IMG/VR virus record: IMGVR_UViG_3300021256_000079
Location: 1-64,000 of that record
Source of the DNA: a virus
Taxonomy: Duplodnaviria; Caudoviricetes
DNA length: 64,000 nucleotides
Direction: 5' to 3' (one strand)
Shown here: positions 40,321 to 50,766 of the stretch, in pieces
How the letters are laid out: the number at the start of each line of letters is the position of its first letter
Numbering within the stretch: position 1 is the stretch's first letter
The notes under the pieces: model-generated
Database searches by the model: none
What the model was told of the DNA's origin: nothing
What the model saw: the letters and a program-made list of their open reading frames with translations, nothing else
Program-made: the position numbers and the translations under genes

Positions 40321-40746
40321 ATGCCGAGTAAAAAGGGTATTGAACAAGCTCTAACGTGGCTTCGAAGTAAGTCACACGATCGAGACACCTTAGATGGAAT
40401 CAATGCTGAACTTTGTATTAATGTAATTATGGATTTGCAAAGACAGTATGACAGACTTGGTGCTCAATTTAGCAATCTGGCAAAAACAAAAAGACAGAAT
40501 AACGATCCAAATAGTCCAGATCAGATTAGTTTTTTATAAGAAACGAAAGGAGTTGCGGATATTTTGAATTGGAAGAATCTTGCTAAAAAGTTAGCTCTCG
40601 CGATTACGGCTATTGCATGCCTTGGGGCTTTAAACAAGATCATGACAAAGGAAGATATTCTCTATAAGGGCTATGATCCTACCAAAACACGAGTTGATAG
40701 ACATGGAAATGTAATCATTGGTACGGACGACTACACAATCACTTAA
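40321..40746 (+). other. Two small ORFs (40321-40539, 40564-40746)
   Basis: Good RBSs. Confidence 0.55.
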
Positions 40747-40776
40747 GACACTCGCACCATGAACATGCTCTATAAT

Positions 40777-40940
40777 GAAAGGAGATGATTAAATTGGGAG
40801 TATAAACCCGACGGAGGGCTGTGAGCTTCGGCAAGATCAGTTTTTAAAACTAGCCGTCATAATAGCTCAAAGGTAGAGCGCCTGTAAAGACGAAACAGGA
40901 GACCCGGGTTCGAAGCCCGGAAAATGAAGATCATTCCCTT
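40777..40940 (+). ncRNA. Structured RNA containing a tRNA-like domain (40856-40927)
   Basis: D arm GCTC-AAAGGTA-GAGC, T arm CCGGG-TTCGAAG-CCCGG, 9-nt anticodon loop, broken acceptor, no CCA; closed by AAGGAGATGAT/ATCATTCCCTT. Confidence 0.7.
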
Positions 40941-40965
40941 ATATTTTTCGTAAAGGAGTGCAAAC

Positions 40966-42804
40966 ATGCGTAGACCAACTAGAACTCAAATACTTATGTC
41001 TAATCTTTACATATGGGTTAGACGGTACGGATGCGTAGATATTAGTCCTGGAATGGAAAAGTATCTGTGTGTATCAAGAAGGGTTCTTCTAAGTGCTGCT
41101 AAAAGCTTATGCAAGGATCCTGCTGATTTGAATAAAGTAATGATATTACGAATTGATGGCATTACCGTCCTGGTTACGGACGATTTTTCACTCAGTGACT
41201 TTGATTTAAGACTAATCCCAAAAGATCTTGAGGGGTACACAGATGGCAATAATAGTTAAAGGATATTTGAAATGCAAAATATGCGGAACATTCTTTACTC
41301 CAGCAATAACCGAGCTGCCTTGTTACTTTACAGAGAATGAAGTAGAAGACGGGGTAGAAGTCGGCGTTCCGTCGGAAAAGTGTGCAGAATGCAAACATTT
41401 TTTGAGCTGGAGATGCAGCTCACCCAGATGCCCAGCATGCGGATCTAATAACGTTAAAAAAGTATCTGGTATTGCAGTTAGAATTTCTAACTATTTTAGA
41501 AAGTGAGGAATCTATTATGGACCGTTATGCTAGAGTTTCTTTTGGAAGAGACGAAAAAGAAAAGCAACGAGACTTTCTTCTCGCCATGAATGGTGCTGAA
41601 ATCATTCAAGTCTCAGAAGAAGATATTGATAGATGGTATGAAGAAGATGTGAAAATGAATACCGGATGCAATAACTGCATTGTTTTGCATAATGACGAAG
41701 AAGTAAACCGTTTTATTTATGTAATGCGCACCTTCTTCAATGGCGTTCCGTATAAAATCACAAGTGATCCCGATAATGAAGTGTTCAAAGAATGCATTGA
41801 AAAGAGTAAAAAGGAGCTGTCATGAAGAGTTCTGCCAAAGATATTTGTGTCAAAGAGCGAATTAGCGATGAACTTATGAAGTTTACATTCGATTTTGAAC
41901 AAAAAGTCATAGATACTCTAGGTTTTACGACTGTTGGACACATCTTAGGCTACTTAAAAATTAACGAAATACCCAATAAGTATTGGAGTTATATTGTCTC
42001 AAAGCTAGATTTCATTAAATGGGACGAAGAAAGAAAAGAAACAGTAATTAGGTGCAGATATCGCACAAAAAACACCTCCTCTAATGAGAAAGGAGGTGAA
42101 TCTTAATGAGTCAGATTTTTCTTGAAATTGGCGACATTGAAAGCACTATGGAATTCATAAAAGATGCAAAAGAAGCTGGATTCCTGAAAGATATTTCATC
42201 AGATAAGGTTGAAAGTCTTTTAAAGGATAAACAGTTTCCGATACGTATCCAAATTGAATTAGATGATGTGTTTAAATTGGCGTCTAATCCTATTGTTAGG
42301 AAAATGTTTGGCAAAAGAATTGAGGACACAACAGTAAAGACCATTCTCAAGGTAATTAATGAGTAAGGAGGCTTAAATAAGTCTCCTTATATTTTTCGCT
42401 TACAACGAAGAAAGGAGTAAATGTTGAAGCAATGGGAAAGATACCTGCAACAACAATACGAGCAGGACCGAAGAAAACTATTGGACTATAGAGAGATTGA
42501 TATTGAGTTTAAGCAATTAATAATGGAGGCGACAATACTCGATGGACCAGTTGAACCTGATCCTGTCATTGATATTGTGCTCAATGATAGGGTTCATGAT
42601 GGGGAATGTGTACGGACAGAACAAAGTAAAGTATCAGATCGAGAAATTGTTGGACAGGATCATGAAGAGCCTGGGGGAGATCCAGAAGGGGACGGACGAG
42701 AAGAAGTAATCGATGATTACGACGATTCGTTCGATTCTTATTATGATGAAATTGTTGAATACAAGAACAGTAAAAAGACTGGTAAAAAGAAAAAAGGAAA
42801 ATGA
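40966..42804 (+). other. Six small hypothetical ORFs (40966-41259, 41243-41506 Zn ribbon, 41517-41825, 41822-42106, 42106-42366, 42421-42804)
   Basis: Coupled ORFs with RBSs. Confidence 0.6.
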
Positions 42805-43634
42805 GGGATATTTTCATGAATGCTCTTTCAAAAATGACGAGACCACTTGTTAGAGTGACCAGAAATGGTATTCGATTCTTTAACAAGAATGCAAACTTGA
42901 TATTGACAGTTGTTAGTGCAACTGGTGTTCTTGCCACTGTTGTATGTGCTGTTAAAGGGACTATTAAAGCTGTAAAGCTATATGAAGAGAAGAAACCGGT
43001 TGGCGGGAAAGAAATTGTTAAGACAGTTTGGAAATGTTATATTCCAACCGCTGGAATGGTGATTCTCACAACAACGGCCATCATTTGTAATGGCAGAATG
43101 AATGCTAAGAAGATTGCCATGTTGACCAGTGCTTATGGTTCATCCATGGAAGCTCTCAAGAGAGTTGAAGATAAAATGGGTGAAGCTCTTGGACCCAAGA
43201 AGGCTCAGCAGGTTATCGACGAAGTTCATAGCGAAAAAGCCGAAGCCTCAAGCAAAGTAATCACAGAGGATGATATTAAGAAAACCGGTCACGGCGATGA
43301 AATCTTCTTCATATACGATGTAGGTCAATGGATCTACGCGAATACAAACTGGATCGAACTCGCGGAACTTAAGACCTATAAAGAACTTCAGGATAGTAAC
43401 GACTGGAACGATGATGGAGAAGCATATTTGCTCATGAACAATGCTCTTCAGAATCTCGGTGCGAATCCTTGTTATTTCGGCGGATCTCATGGATGGTTCC
43501 ACGACGATCTTGAAAAGCTTGGACTGGATGGACCGAAGTTTAGAATTAGTTCAAAGAGGATGTTTGTTCCGTGGCTTGGCGAAGAAAGAGCCGTTGGCAC
43601 AATCTGGTTTGAACCAGAGGCTTCAGTCATTTGA
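42801..43634 (+). CDS. DUF6353-like membrane-anchored protein (paralog 2)
   Basis: ILTVVSATGVLATVVCAVKGT, WKCYIPT, KTGHGD, GW motifs. Confidence 0.7.
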   Translation: MRDIFMNALSKMTRPLVRVTRNGIRFFNKNANLILTVVSATGVLATVVCAVKGTIKAVKLYEEKKPVGGKEIVKTVWKCYIPTAGMVILTTTAIICNGRMNAKKIAMLTSAYGSSMEALKRVEDKMGEALGPKKAQQVIDEVHSEKAEASSKVITEDDIKKTGHGDEIFFIYDVGQWIYANTNWIELAELKTYKELQDSNDWNDDGEAYLLMNNALQNLGANPCYFGGSHGWFHDDLEKLGLDGPKFRISSKRMFVPWLGEERAVGTIWFEPEASVI

Positions 43635-43722
43635 AGGGAACCTTTTTGGCATGAATTTGACCTGGATTAAAGCTTGCCTGTGAGCAGCCATCCAGGCTCT
43701 TTATATTTTAAGGAGACAAATA

Positions 43723-44001
43723 ATGAAAAGCTTTTATCAGGAAGAACAAGGTAAGGCCACTATTAACGAACACAAATTCGAGTGGAAAATGAAGCGCACC
43801 AAAGGCGAAAGCGCTTTTGGTATCAAAGGAAGCCGGATATTTGGACTTGAGATCAAGAAAGATGGATTCATAACAGGTGCTTATGATAGAGGCTGGAGTG
43901 TAAGAATTAGAGACGACGATGCCGACACTAAGCTCTGCCTTGATCATATTCTGAATACGTACGGAAAAGAGAAAAAGAAGGTGAAGAAAGATGCCGACTG
44001 A
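43723..44001 (+). CDS. Small phage protein
   Basis: SAFGIKGSRI...YDRGW. Confidence 0.65.
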   Translation: MKSFYQEEQGKATINEHKFEWKMKRTKGESAFGIKGSRIFGLEIKKDGFITGAYDRGWSVRIRDDDADTKLCLDHILNTYGKEKKKVKKDAD

Positions 44002-44320
44002 TATTTTTAACGAACACTATTTAGTAACAAAGTATGAACTTGATCTTACGTCAATTATTAGTAAATGCGAGTGTATTAGTTTCAATGCTGTTAACAGCAA
44101 CGTTGATGAAAGATTGTGCGAAATCATGGCCTATGTGTTCACACGGGTAAAACAGCCGTTAAAACAACATGGGCTTGTATACAAACTTAAAAAAGCTGTT
44201 GATATTTATTGCGAAAAGTTTGAAAAAGAAAGCTATGGGGTTTCTCCTGGTTTTAAAGAACGTTTTTACGAACAATACGCAGAGTATATTGTTAGAAAGG
44301 ATGAGGAAGATGGAGCCTAA
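43991..44320 (+). CDS. Hypothetical protein
   Basis: Coupled ORF. Confidence 0.55.
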   Translation: MPTDIFNEHYLVTKYELDLTSIISKCECISFNAVNSNVDERLCEIMAYVFTRVKQPLKQHGLVYKLKKAVDIYCEKFEKESYGVSPGFKERFYEQYAEYIVRKDEEDGA

Positions 44321-44681
44321 AGGTAGCAGCTATAGTTTTGTTGCCTCGAAGACAATTTATGTAGGCGAAGGTGAAGAAGTTGCTATGAACAATGTTTTTA
44401 ACGAAGATTGTAATAAAGAATTTATTGACTTCCTCAAAGAAAAACTTACTGAGTTCGCTCAGGAAAACTGTGTAAAGAAAATCGTTCGCAATGGTCCTGC
44501 CACAATCGTGTTCTGGGATGATGGCACGAAGACCATTGTAAAGAGAGCAGAGGGTACCAAAGATGATATTTACATGGCTTTCTGCTCTGCTTTCACAAAG
44601 AAAATGCTTGGTAATAACAGTCGTATCAAAAGAATTATTTTCAAAAATTTGATTGAAGAAGGAGAAAAGAAAAATGCTTAA
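44310..44681 (+). CDS. NGPATIVFWxDGTKT-domain protein (tandem paralog A)
   Basis: RNGPATIVFWDDGTKTIVKR. Confidence 0.7.
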   Translation: MEPKGSSYSFVASKTIYVGEGEEVAMNNVFNEDCNKEFIDFLKEKLTEFAQENCVKKIVRNGPATIVFWDDGTKTIVKRAEGTKDDIYMAFCSAFTKKMLGNNSRIKRIIFKNLIEEGEKKNA

Positions 44682-45177
44682 CATTGGAGATTGCGCAGGT
44701 AATTCTTGTGCCGTTAATTCTATTGATCGCGCATGTACTTGTATTGATAGTTCTGAATACAGCTATCGTCTTACTCCTTATACTCCTTATGCTGCTTCTT
44801 ATGGAGATATTGGTATTAGAGCAATTGAAGAATCGGTCGAAGCTATGCCTGGATCTCCAGCAACCGGAACTCTTGTCATGAAAGTTGACCCGGGTAAACT
44901 TTTGACTAAAGAGGACATTCTAAATATTGTCGGAAAAACAAGCTTTGCTTTCAATGATTACGGAGTTGATAGGATTATTAGAAACGGTCCGGCTACTATT
45001 GTGATCTGGAAGGATGGCACTAAGACGATTGTAAAGAGGTCCAAAGGCGAGAAGGACGATATTTATGTTGCCTTCTGCGCTGCTCTTGCCAAAAAGCTTT
45101 ACGGCAACAACAGTAAGATCAAGCGAATGCTTAATGAGAAGACAGTTTATGATACCAAAAAGAAGGGAGTTAAGTAA
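44674..45177 (+). CDS. NGPATIVxWxDGTKT-domain protein (tandem paralog B)
   Basis: RNGPATIVIWKDGTKTIVKR. Confidence 0.7.
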   Translation: MLNIGDCAGNSCAVNSIDRACTCIDSSEYSYRLTPYTPYAASYGDIGIRAIEESVEAMPGSPATGTLVMKVDPGKLLTKEDILNIVGKTSFAFNDYGVDRIIRNGPATIVIWKDGTKTIVKRSKGEKDDIYVAFCAALAKKLYGNNSKIKRMLNEKTVYDTKKKGVK

Positions 45178-45282
45178 GATGGTTACTAAGATTGTTATAT
45201 TTGTAGCACTTGCAGTTTGTGTCGCTATTATTGCATTTTCTATTAATGAAGTAGAAAGAATCAACAATAAGGAGAACAAGTA

Positions 45283-46563
45283 ATGGAAGAAATGGTAAGA
45301 GTCCGGAGTGCTAAAGAGTACTTCAATGAATACGGACTTAATGGCATCGGTAAGGGTGCTGATAAATGGATGATCAGAAGGCAGCTTATCGATGCATTCC
45401 AAAAGGAAATGTTTGGACTTATCACAATTCGTATCCACAAAGATATTCCAGAAGGAGTTCCTGCAATTGGGAACCCAAGAGCAATCGAGATCATTAGGAA
45501 TGTAACCAGTGATACCCAGAAAAAGTGGGTAAAGCTATGTAACATGTTTGCTCAGTATAAGGAAACAAGCGGTCTTCTGAGTATCGACGATCTTAAAGGC
45601 GAGTATATTAAAGACGACGATACAGATGATACCGATGATGAAACACGCGCAGAAAACATGGAGTAAGATGAGGGAACCACAAAATAAAACTTTTATATTT
45701 GGAAGGAGTAATTTATTATGGCAAAGACTGTGAACAACAACGAAACGACAAAGGTTGAGGACCTGAAAGAAACAACGATGGAAGAAGAAATCAACGAAAC
45801 CGAAAAGGTTATCGAAGACAACAGCAAGAAGAAAAAGATCATTAAGGTGGTCATCGGTGCAGTTGCCTTTATCGCAACGAACGTAGCGAGCTTCTTCATT
45901 GGTCGTGGAACGGCAAACAATGACGACGATGATGACACGGAAAGTCAGGAAGAAAAGACCGAAGAATAATACAGATATTTGTGGTTCCTGAAATTGGAAA
46001 AGGCTAGGCAAAAATGACTTAGCCTTTTTCTTTTCCCTTTTTTGTCTAATAGGAGGTCGCAATGCTAGAGAATCTGACAAAAAAGCTAGCAGAGAAGATG
46101 GGGAAATCGGTCAAAGCGACGATTGAACCAAAAGTCGATAGCAAAATAGACTTATATTCTAAAATTTTGAGATTCGGAGTGTTGGTCTTTTTGTTTATCG
46201 AAGGGACTAAAAAGGCTACCAATGATATTTCGACTCCGGCAAATCCGAATCAGATTGTAATTAATAACTATCTCTATGAAAGAAAGGAGTGAAATGATGA
46301 ATAATGAAGAAATGAAAAGCCCTTTGGATGCAGCAAAATTCGTTACTGGGACTATTATATCCTTGGGTGCTGCAGCAGCGGTCGTTGGTATGATGCAAAA
46401 CCCTATTAAAAACGCAAAAGGACTTACTAAGCTTATGATGAAACTTGGCGTTTTCGTTATTGGATGTAAAGTCGGAGACGTTGTGGAAAAGTATTTTAAC
46501 GACACTGTTGACGAAATGGTTAAGGCATTTAACGATCTTAAGAAGGAGATGGGGAAAGCATGA
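45283..46563 (+). other. Four small ORFs, mostly membrane-anchored (45283-45666, 45718-45969, 46062-46292, 46294-46563)
   Basis: RBSs; single TM segments in three of them. Confidence 0.6.
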
Positions 46564-47225
46564 ATGATATTCCATCCAATAGCCATAAAAGCCAGGAAGA
46601 ATTGAATAAGGCTCCTCAAAAACCACCAATTCCGGAATTCAATGGCAAAGTAGCAGGCGTAAAAAGAAAACAGGAAAACAAATTCCTTAAATGGCTTCGC
46701 AAAATGTTCCTATCTGATCAAAAGCCCAGTGATATTCTTATGAATGTTCTTGAGCAACAAATTGTTCCAGGTATTAAAGACAATTTCAGGAACAGTCTTA
46801 TGAGTTCTATTGATATGTTCATTTATCCGAACTCAAAACCAACCAGTCAGTCTAGTAACAACATTTCTTACAGCCGTATTTATAATTCGCAAAACAATAA
46901 TGTAAATCAAGTAAAGACTCAATCGCAACCTAAAGTTCAGAGTCAAACACCTAACACAAATGACTTTGACTTGAGTGCTGGGTTTACAAATCCTTGTTTT
47001 CATCGCCTCGATGAAGCCAATCAATTTCTCGGACTCATGCAGAACTATGACTACCCGACTCTGTCTGTTCATACATTATATATGATGCGAAAGCAGCACA
47101 TCGATTACACTTGGGATGCATATGGCTGGACCAAAGAAGAGATCGCTAATGTTAAAGTTGTTCATATTGACAATAGCGATTACCCCTGGATGATTGATCT
47201 TCCGCGTGCTCACGTTATTTCTTAA
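46560..47225 (+). CDS. Conserved phage hypothetical protein
   Basis: PSNSHKS start; YTWDAYGWT...IDLPRA end. Confidence 0.7.
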   Translation: MNDIPSNSHKSQEELNKAPQKPPIPEFNGKVAGVKRKQENKFLKWLRKMFLSDQKPSDILMNVLEQQIVPGIKDNFRNSLMSSIDMFIYPNSKPTSQSSNNISYSRIYNSQNNNVNQVKTQSQPKVQSQTPNTNDFDLSAGFTNPCFHRLDEANQFLGLMQNYDYPTLSVHTLYMMRKQHIDYTWDAYGWTKEEIANVKVVHIDNSDYPWMIDLPRAHVIS

Positions 47226-47237
47226 AGGAGAGATTTT

Positions 47238-48224
47238 ATGGGAATGCTCAGTATTATTAAAACCGTACCTAAAGTTGCGAAAAGGGGACTCGGAAGGGTC
47301 CTCTTTTCCATTTCCAAAAACAAACCCCAAATTTTGCTCGGGGGAGGAATTATATTAACGGTAGGCGGCTTCGTGTGGGCTGTTGTTAATGCCACTAAAC
47401 TCAATGAAACCATGAGTGAAGGTGAAAAGGCCGTTAATGATATTCAGGAGAAGATCAAGATCGAGGAAGGTAAAGAAGAAGTAGAGACTACTCTTGTCGA
47501 TCTTAATAAGGAACTTCGCAAAGCTAAAAAAGATAACATTTTGAAGGTTGCATTCCTTATGGGTGCACCGACTCTAGTGTTTGTTGGTGGCGTTGCTATG
47601 ACAGTTGGAGGCCACATTATATTACTCAGACGCTTTGGTCAGGTATCAGCATCACTTGCAGCTCTTCAGCAAGCGTTTGCAAGATACAGACAAATGAACA
47701 TTGCTGAACACGGAGAAGAGTGTGATAGAAGATATCGTTATGGTATCTCTAATACTATCGAAACGGAATCCGTGATTACGGATGAAAACGGGAATGAAGT
47801 GAAAGGTAAAGCTCTAATCCCGGTTACGGACAAGGATCCTGCCAGTATGTTCACTTTTATATTCTCTGAGGAGTTCTCAAGGAAGTGCCCTAAGGATCCT
47901 GTTGCCACGATTTCATTCCTTAGGTCTCAAGAAAAGTATTGGAACATGTGGATGCAGGCAACAGGCCGTCCTGTAACACTTAGTATGGTTCTTCAGGATC
48001 TTGGGATTGAACTTGATCCAGATGATCCTATGAACGATTATATTTTGGTAGCTGGTTGGCGTCCTAATGGGGAAGGAGATGGGTATATTGACTTCGGTAT
48101 CATGAGATCTGTCAATAAGCCGACTCTCGACATGCTTGAAAACAGTGTCATGCTAAACTTCAACTGTGACGGTAACATTTACCACAGTGTACGGACCACA
48201 AAAGACGGAAAGAAGGTATGTTAA
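47238..48224 (+). CDS. DUF6353-like membrane-anchored protein (paralog 3)
   Basis: NKPQILLGGGI TM, YRYG, VAGW...YIDFG...LNFNCDGNI. Confidence 0.7.
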   Translation: MGMLSIIKTVPKVAKRGLGRVLFSISKNKPQILLGGGIILTVGGFVWAVVNATKLNETMSEGEKAVNDIQEKIKIEEGKEEVETTLVDLNKELRKAKKDNILKVAFLMGAPTLVFVGGVAMTVGGHIILLRRFGQVSASLAALQQAFARYRQMNIAEHGEECDRRYRYGISNTIETESVITDENGNEVKGKALIPVTDKDPASMFTFIFSEEFSRKCPKDPVATISFLRSQEKYWNMWMQATGRPVTLSMVLQDLGIELDPDDPMNDYILVAGWRPNGEGDGYIDFGIMRSVNKPTLDMLENSVMLNFNCDGNIYHSVRTTKDGKKVC

Positions 48225-48345
48225 ATGAACGAGTATGACTCTAAGCCTACGGACGATATGATTAATTTTCTTGATATTGATCACGGATCCGATAGAATTA
48301 TTATTCATTTTAACGTTGACGCGATTAAGAAGGAGGAAACTACAA

Positions 48346-49098
48346 ATGACAACGATTAAAATTGGCGGAGTACTTCTTACTGGTTTTGCTGCTTACCTGA
48401 TTCTTAGTAAGGCAATTGGCACTATTGATAATTCCACAAAGAGGGCTTGTGAAGCTTCTAAGTGGAAGAATTATTACAAGTGCTGGAGCGAAGGTAATGC
48501 AGAAGGCGAACCCATTCCTCCTGGATATTCTAGAAAGTCTGATACATCAACGACCGGAGTCAATGAAAATAGCATCGATCAGGATCCTAATGAGGCCGCC
48601 GCTAAGGCCGCTGTAGACCTCATTAAGGAAGGTTTGTCAAAGCTGAAGGTTACCATTACAAAGCATGCAGAGAAGCAGGAAAAGGTCTCTGAAGGGCAAG
48701 AAAAGGCATCTGCAGTTGATATTGTTGAATCACTGAAAGATTTTGACACAAAAGCCTATCAGCTGCCTGACGATGCTCCTCCTGTTGATATTGATCACGG
48801 GTTTGACAGAAAGGCCGAGATCTGTAGAATCAGTAATCTTATCATTAGTATGACGAAAAGAAATGCTGATGAGGATGAACTTGAAAGGGCTATTATTCAC
48901 TCGATGGTAATCATCGACGCTGAAAAGTATCATCTTGATTACATGCAATCCTATATTGATAATCGTATTGATCAGCTCATCGAGAAGTATCAGCCTGAGG
49001 TTAATGATATTGCTAACGACGTGATCGATTACATGGAAAAGAAATACGAGGTTGTAAATAAAGTAGAAGAGGAGAACAAAGATGAAACCGTGGATTAA
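48346..49098 (+). CDS. Membrane-anchored protein containing a copy of an RNA-polymerase segment
   Basis: AGGAGG RBS; N-terminal TM; 89 aa (48727-48993) align ungapped to the RNAP segment encoded at 60467-60733. Confidence 0.75.
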   Translation: MTTIKIGGVLLTGFAAYLILSKAIGTIDNSTKRACEASKWKNYYKCWSEGNAEGEPIPPGYSRKSDTSTTGVNENSIDQDPNEAAAKAAVDLIKEGLSKLKVTITKHAEKQEKVSEGQEKASAVDIVESLKDFDTKAYQLPDDAPPVDIDHGFDRKAEICRISNLIISMTKRNADEDELERAIIHSMVIIDAEKYHLDYMQSYIDNRIDQLIEKYQPEVNDIANDVIDYMEKKYEVVNKVEEENKDETVD

Positions 49099-49801
49099 GA
49101 TTCTTATTGGTGTGGTTTCAGGATTTGCCGGTGGCTTTGCTGCCGGCTTCCTTTTTTGCAAAAAGATGAATGATATTCAGTTTGTTGAGATCGACGAAGA
49201 AGAAATGGCTCAAATCGAAGAAGATCTCAAGAAGACAGACAAAACAGACAAACAAGAAGCAATCAAGAAGGCTGTTGAAGAGACTGATCCTCAGAACGAA
49301 GACGAACTGAGGAATGCTCTTCAGGGTAAGGTCAGTTATATTCGTGCGGACCAGGAAGCAAAACAAAAGTTCGCATCGACATGGAATACGATCAAAGATT
49401 ATTCCAGTGAGGAAAATGCTGACTCTATGCCAATTGATATTGAGGAAGGCTTTGATGAAGAATTCCTTGAAACGATTGAGGAGGAAACGGTCGAGCCAGG
49501 ACAGGTCGATCCTCCTCACATAATTTCGCTTAGTGAGTTCTACAACGAACGGCCAGAGTATGATAAAATCACTATTGAATGGTATGAAGAGGACGATACT
49601 TATGTAGACGAAAACGAAGAAATCATCGATGATATTTCTTCTTACATAGGTATGAACCGCGACAAACTGTTCAAAGAAAATGGACCGGACGATGATCCTG
49701 ATATTCGGTTTGTAAGAAACGAACAATACGGCAGTGACTACGAAATTGTCCGTCATCATATGAGCTATAAGGAGGCAACCGGTCTTGAGGAAGGAGAGTA
49801 A
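49082..49801 (+). CDS. TM-anchored acidic conserved phage protein
   Basis: GFAGGFAAGF TM; PHIIS..EF, DDPDIRFVRNE..DYEI. Confidence 0.7.
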   Translation: MKPWIKILIGVVSGFAGGFAAGFLFCKKMNDIQFVEIDEEEMAQIEEDLKKTDKTDKQEAIKKAVEETDPQNEDELRNALQGKVSYIRADQEAKQKFASTWNTIKDYSSEENADSMPIDIEEGFDEEFLETIEEETVEPGQVDPPHIISLSEFYNERPEYDKITIEWYEEDDTYVDENEEIIDDISSYIGMNRDKLFKENGPDDDPDIRFVRNEQYGSDYEIVRHHMSYKEATGLEEGE

Positions 49802-49807
49802 CAATGA

Positions 49808-50344
49808 ATGCGCAGCAGCGATCCATATTTTGAATGGCTGTGCGTAACGATTAACAACCGCAATTATATTGAGCTGGCCCGGGCTCTGCACTCGATGGAG
49901 TTTCGGGCCAAGCTCCCTTCAGATCGCAATCGCGGTATGGATGGGATGCATCTTCGTGTTGATTTTATGGAAAGACACGGAGCTTTTGGATCCTCTACCA
50001 ACAGAGGCAGTTGCACAATGTTGGAGTTTTTAATCGGTATTGCAAAGCATATGAGTTTTCTTATGTATGGAAACTCAAGTGACCATCGCACGGCTTATTA
50101 TTTTTGGGTTTTGATAAGGAATTTGGGACTAGATAAGTGCACTGATGCAAATTGGTATACTATTAATGGCGATTTTTATGTCGAAGATGCTGTTCATAGG
50201 GTTCTTGATAGGCAGTATGACTATAATGGAAAAGGTGGACTCTTTCCATTGAGACATCCTATGCAGGATCAAAGAGAAGTTGAGATCTGGTATCAAATGC
50301 ATTCTTGGCTTGGGGAGAATAGCGATCTGGATCTAGACATGTAA
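49808..50344 (+). CDS. Conserved phage hypothetical protein
   Basis: YFEWLC, DRNRGMDG, CTMLEFLI, GKGGLFP, VEIWYQM. Confidence 0.75.
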   Translation: MRSSDPYFEWLCVTINNRNYIELARALHSMEFRAKLPSDRNRGMDGMHLRVDFMERHGAFGSSTNRGSCTMLEFLIGIAKHMSFLMYGNSSDHRTAYYFWVLIRNLGLDKCTDANWYTINGDFYVEDAVHRVLDRQYDYNGKGGLFPLRHPMQDQREVEIWYQMHSWLGENSDLDLDM

Positions 50345-50371
50345 TTATATTTTTCGAAAGGATGATGGACC

Positions 50372-50638
50372 ATGTATGACTCGCCCGTAAACAGTATTGA
50401 AACAATTTATAATGAGATCAAACAGAAGGCTGACAGCGATCTTAAAGACGCCATGTTTACTGTTCTTGGCAAACGAAGCATTGATATTGATGAAGAGAAA
50501 CTCGTCCAGGCAATCACAGCAGATAGAAAAAGGTATGAAGAAGCTTACAGACGTGGCTATGAAGCTGGACGGAGAGATGAATACAACAAATTTGCTACGA
50601 TTTGCTCTAGGGCTATGGATGATATGTGTGGGTTTTAA
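50372..50638 (+). CDS. Hypothetical protein
   Basis: AAAGGA RBS; YEEAYRRGYEAG. Confidence 0.6.
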   Translation: MYDSPVNSIETIYNEIKQKADSDLKDAMFTVLGKRSIDIDEEKLVQAITADRKRYEEAYRRGYEAGRRDEYNKFATICSRAMDDMCGF

Positions 50639-50640
50639 TA

Positions 50641-50723
50641 GAGTTCTGGAAGAGTTCTGGAAGAGTACTTGAATGGTTCTGGAAGAGTTCTGGAAGAGTT
50701 CTGGAAGAGTTCTGGAAGAGTAC
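50641..50723. repeat. 11-bp tandem repeat (GAGTTCTGGAA) x7
   Basis: Five perfect and two variant units plus a partial unit. Confidence 0.9.
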
Positions 50724-50766
50724 GGACGTGGATTTATATTTTTCGAAAATGAAAGGAATAACAATT

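Noticed and set aside
40856-40927. Functional tRNA gene
   Set aside because: 9-nt anticodon loop without U33, broken acceptor stem, no CCA.
50626-50766. N-terminal extension of ORF 50626-50946
   Set aside because: It is a translation of the 11-bp tandem repeat; the RBS supports a start at 50767.
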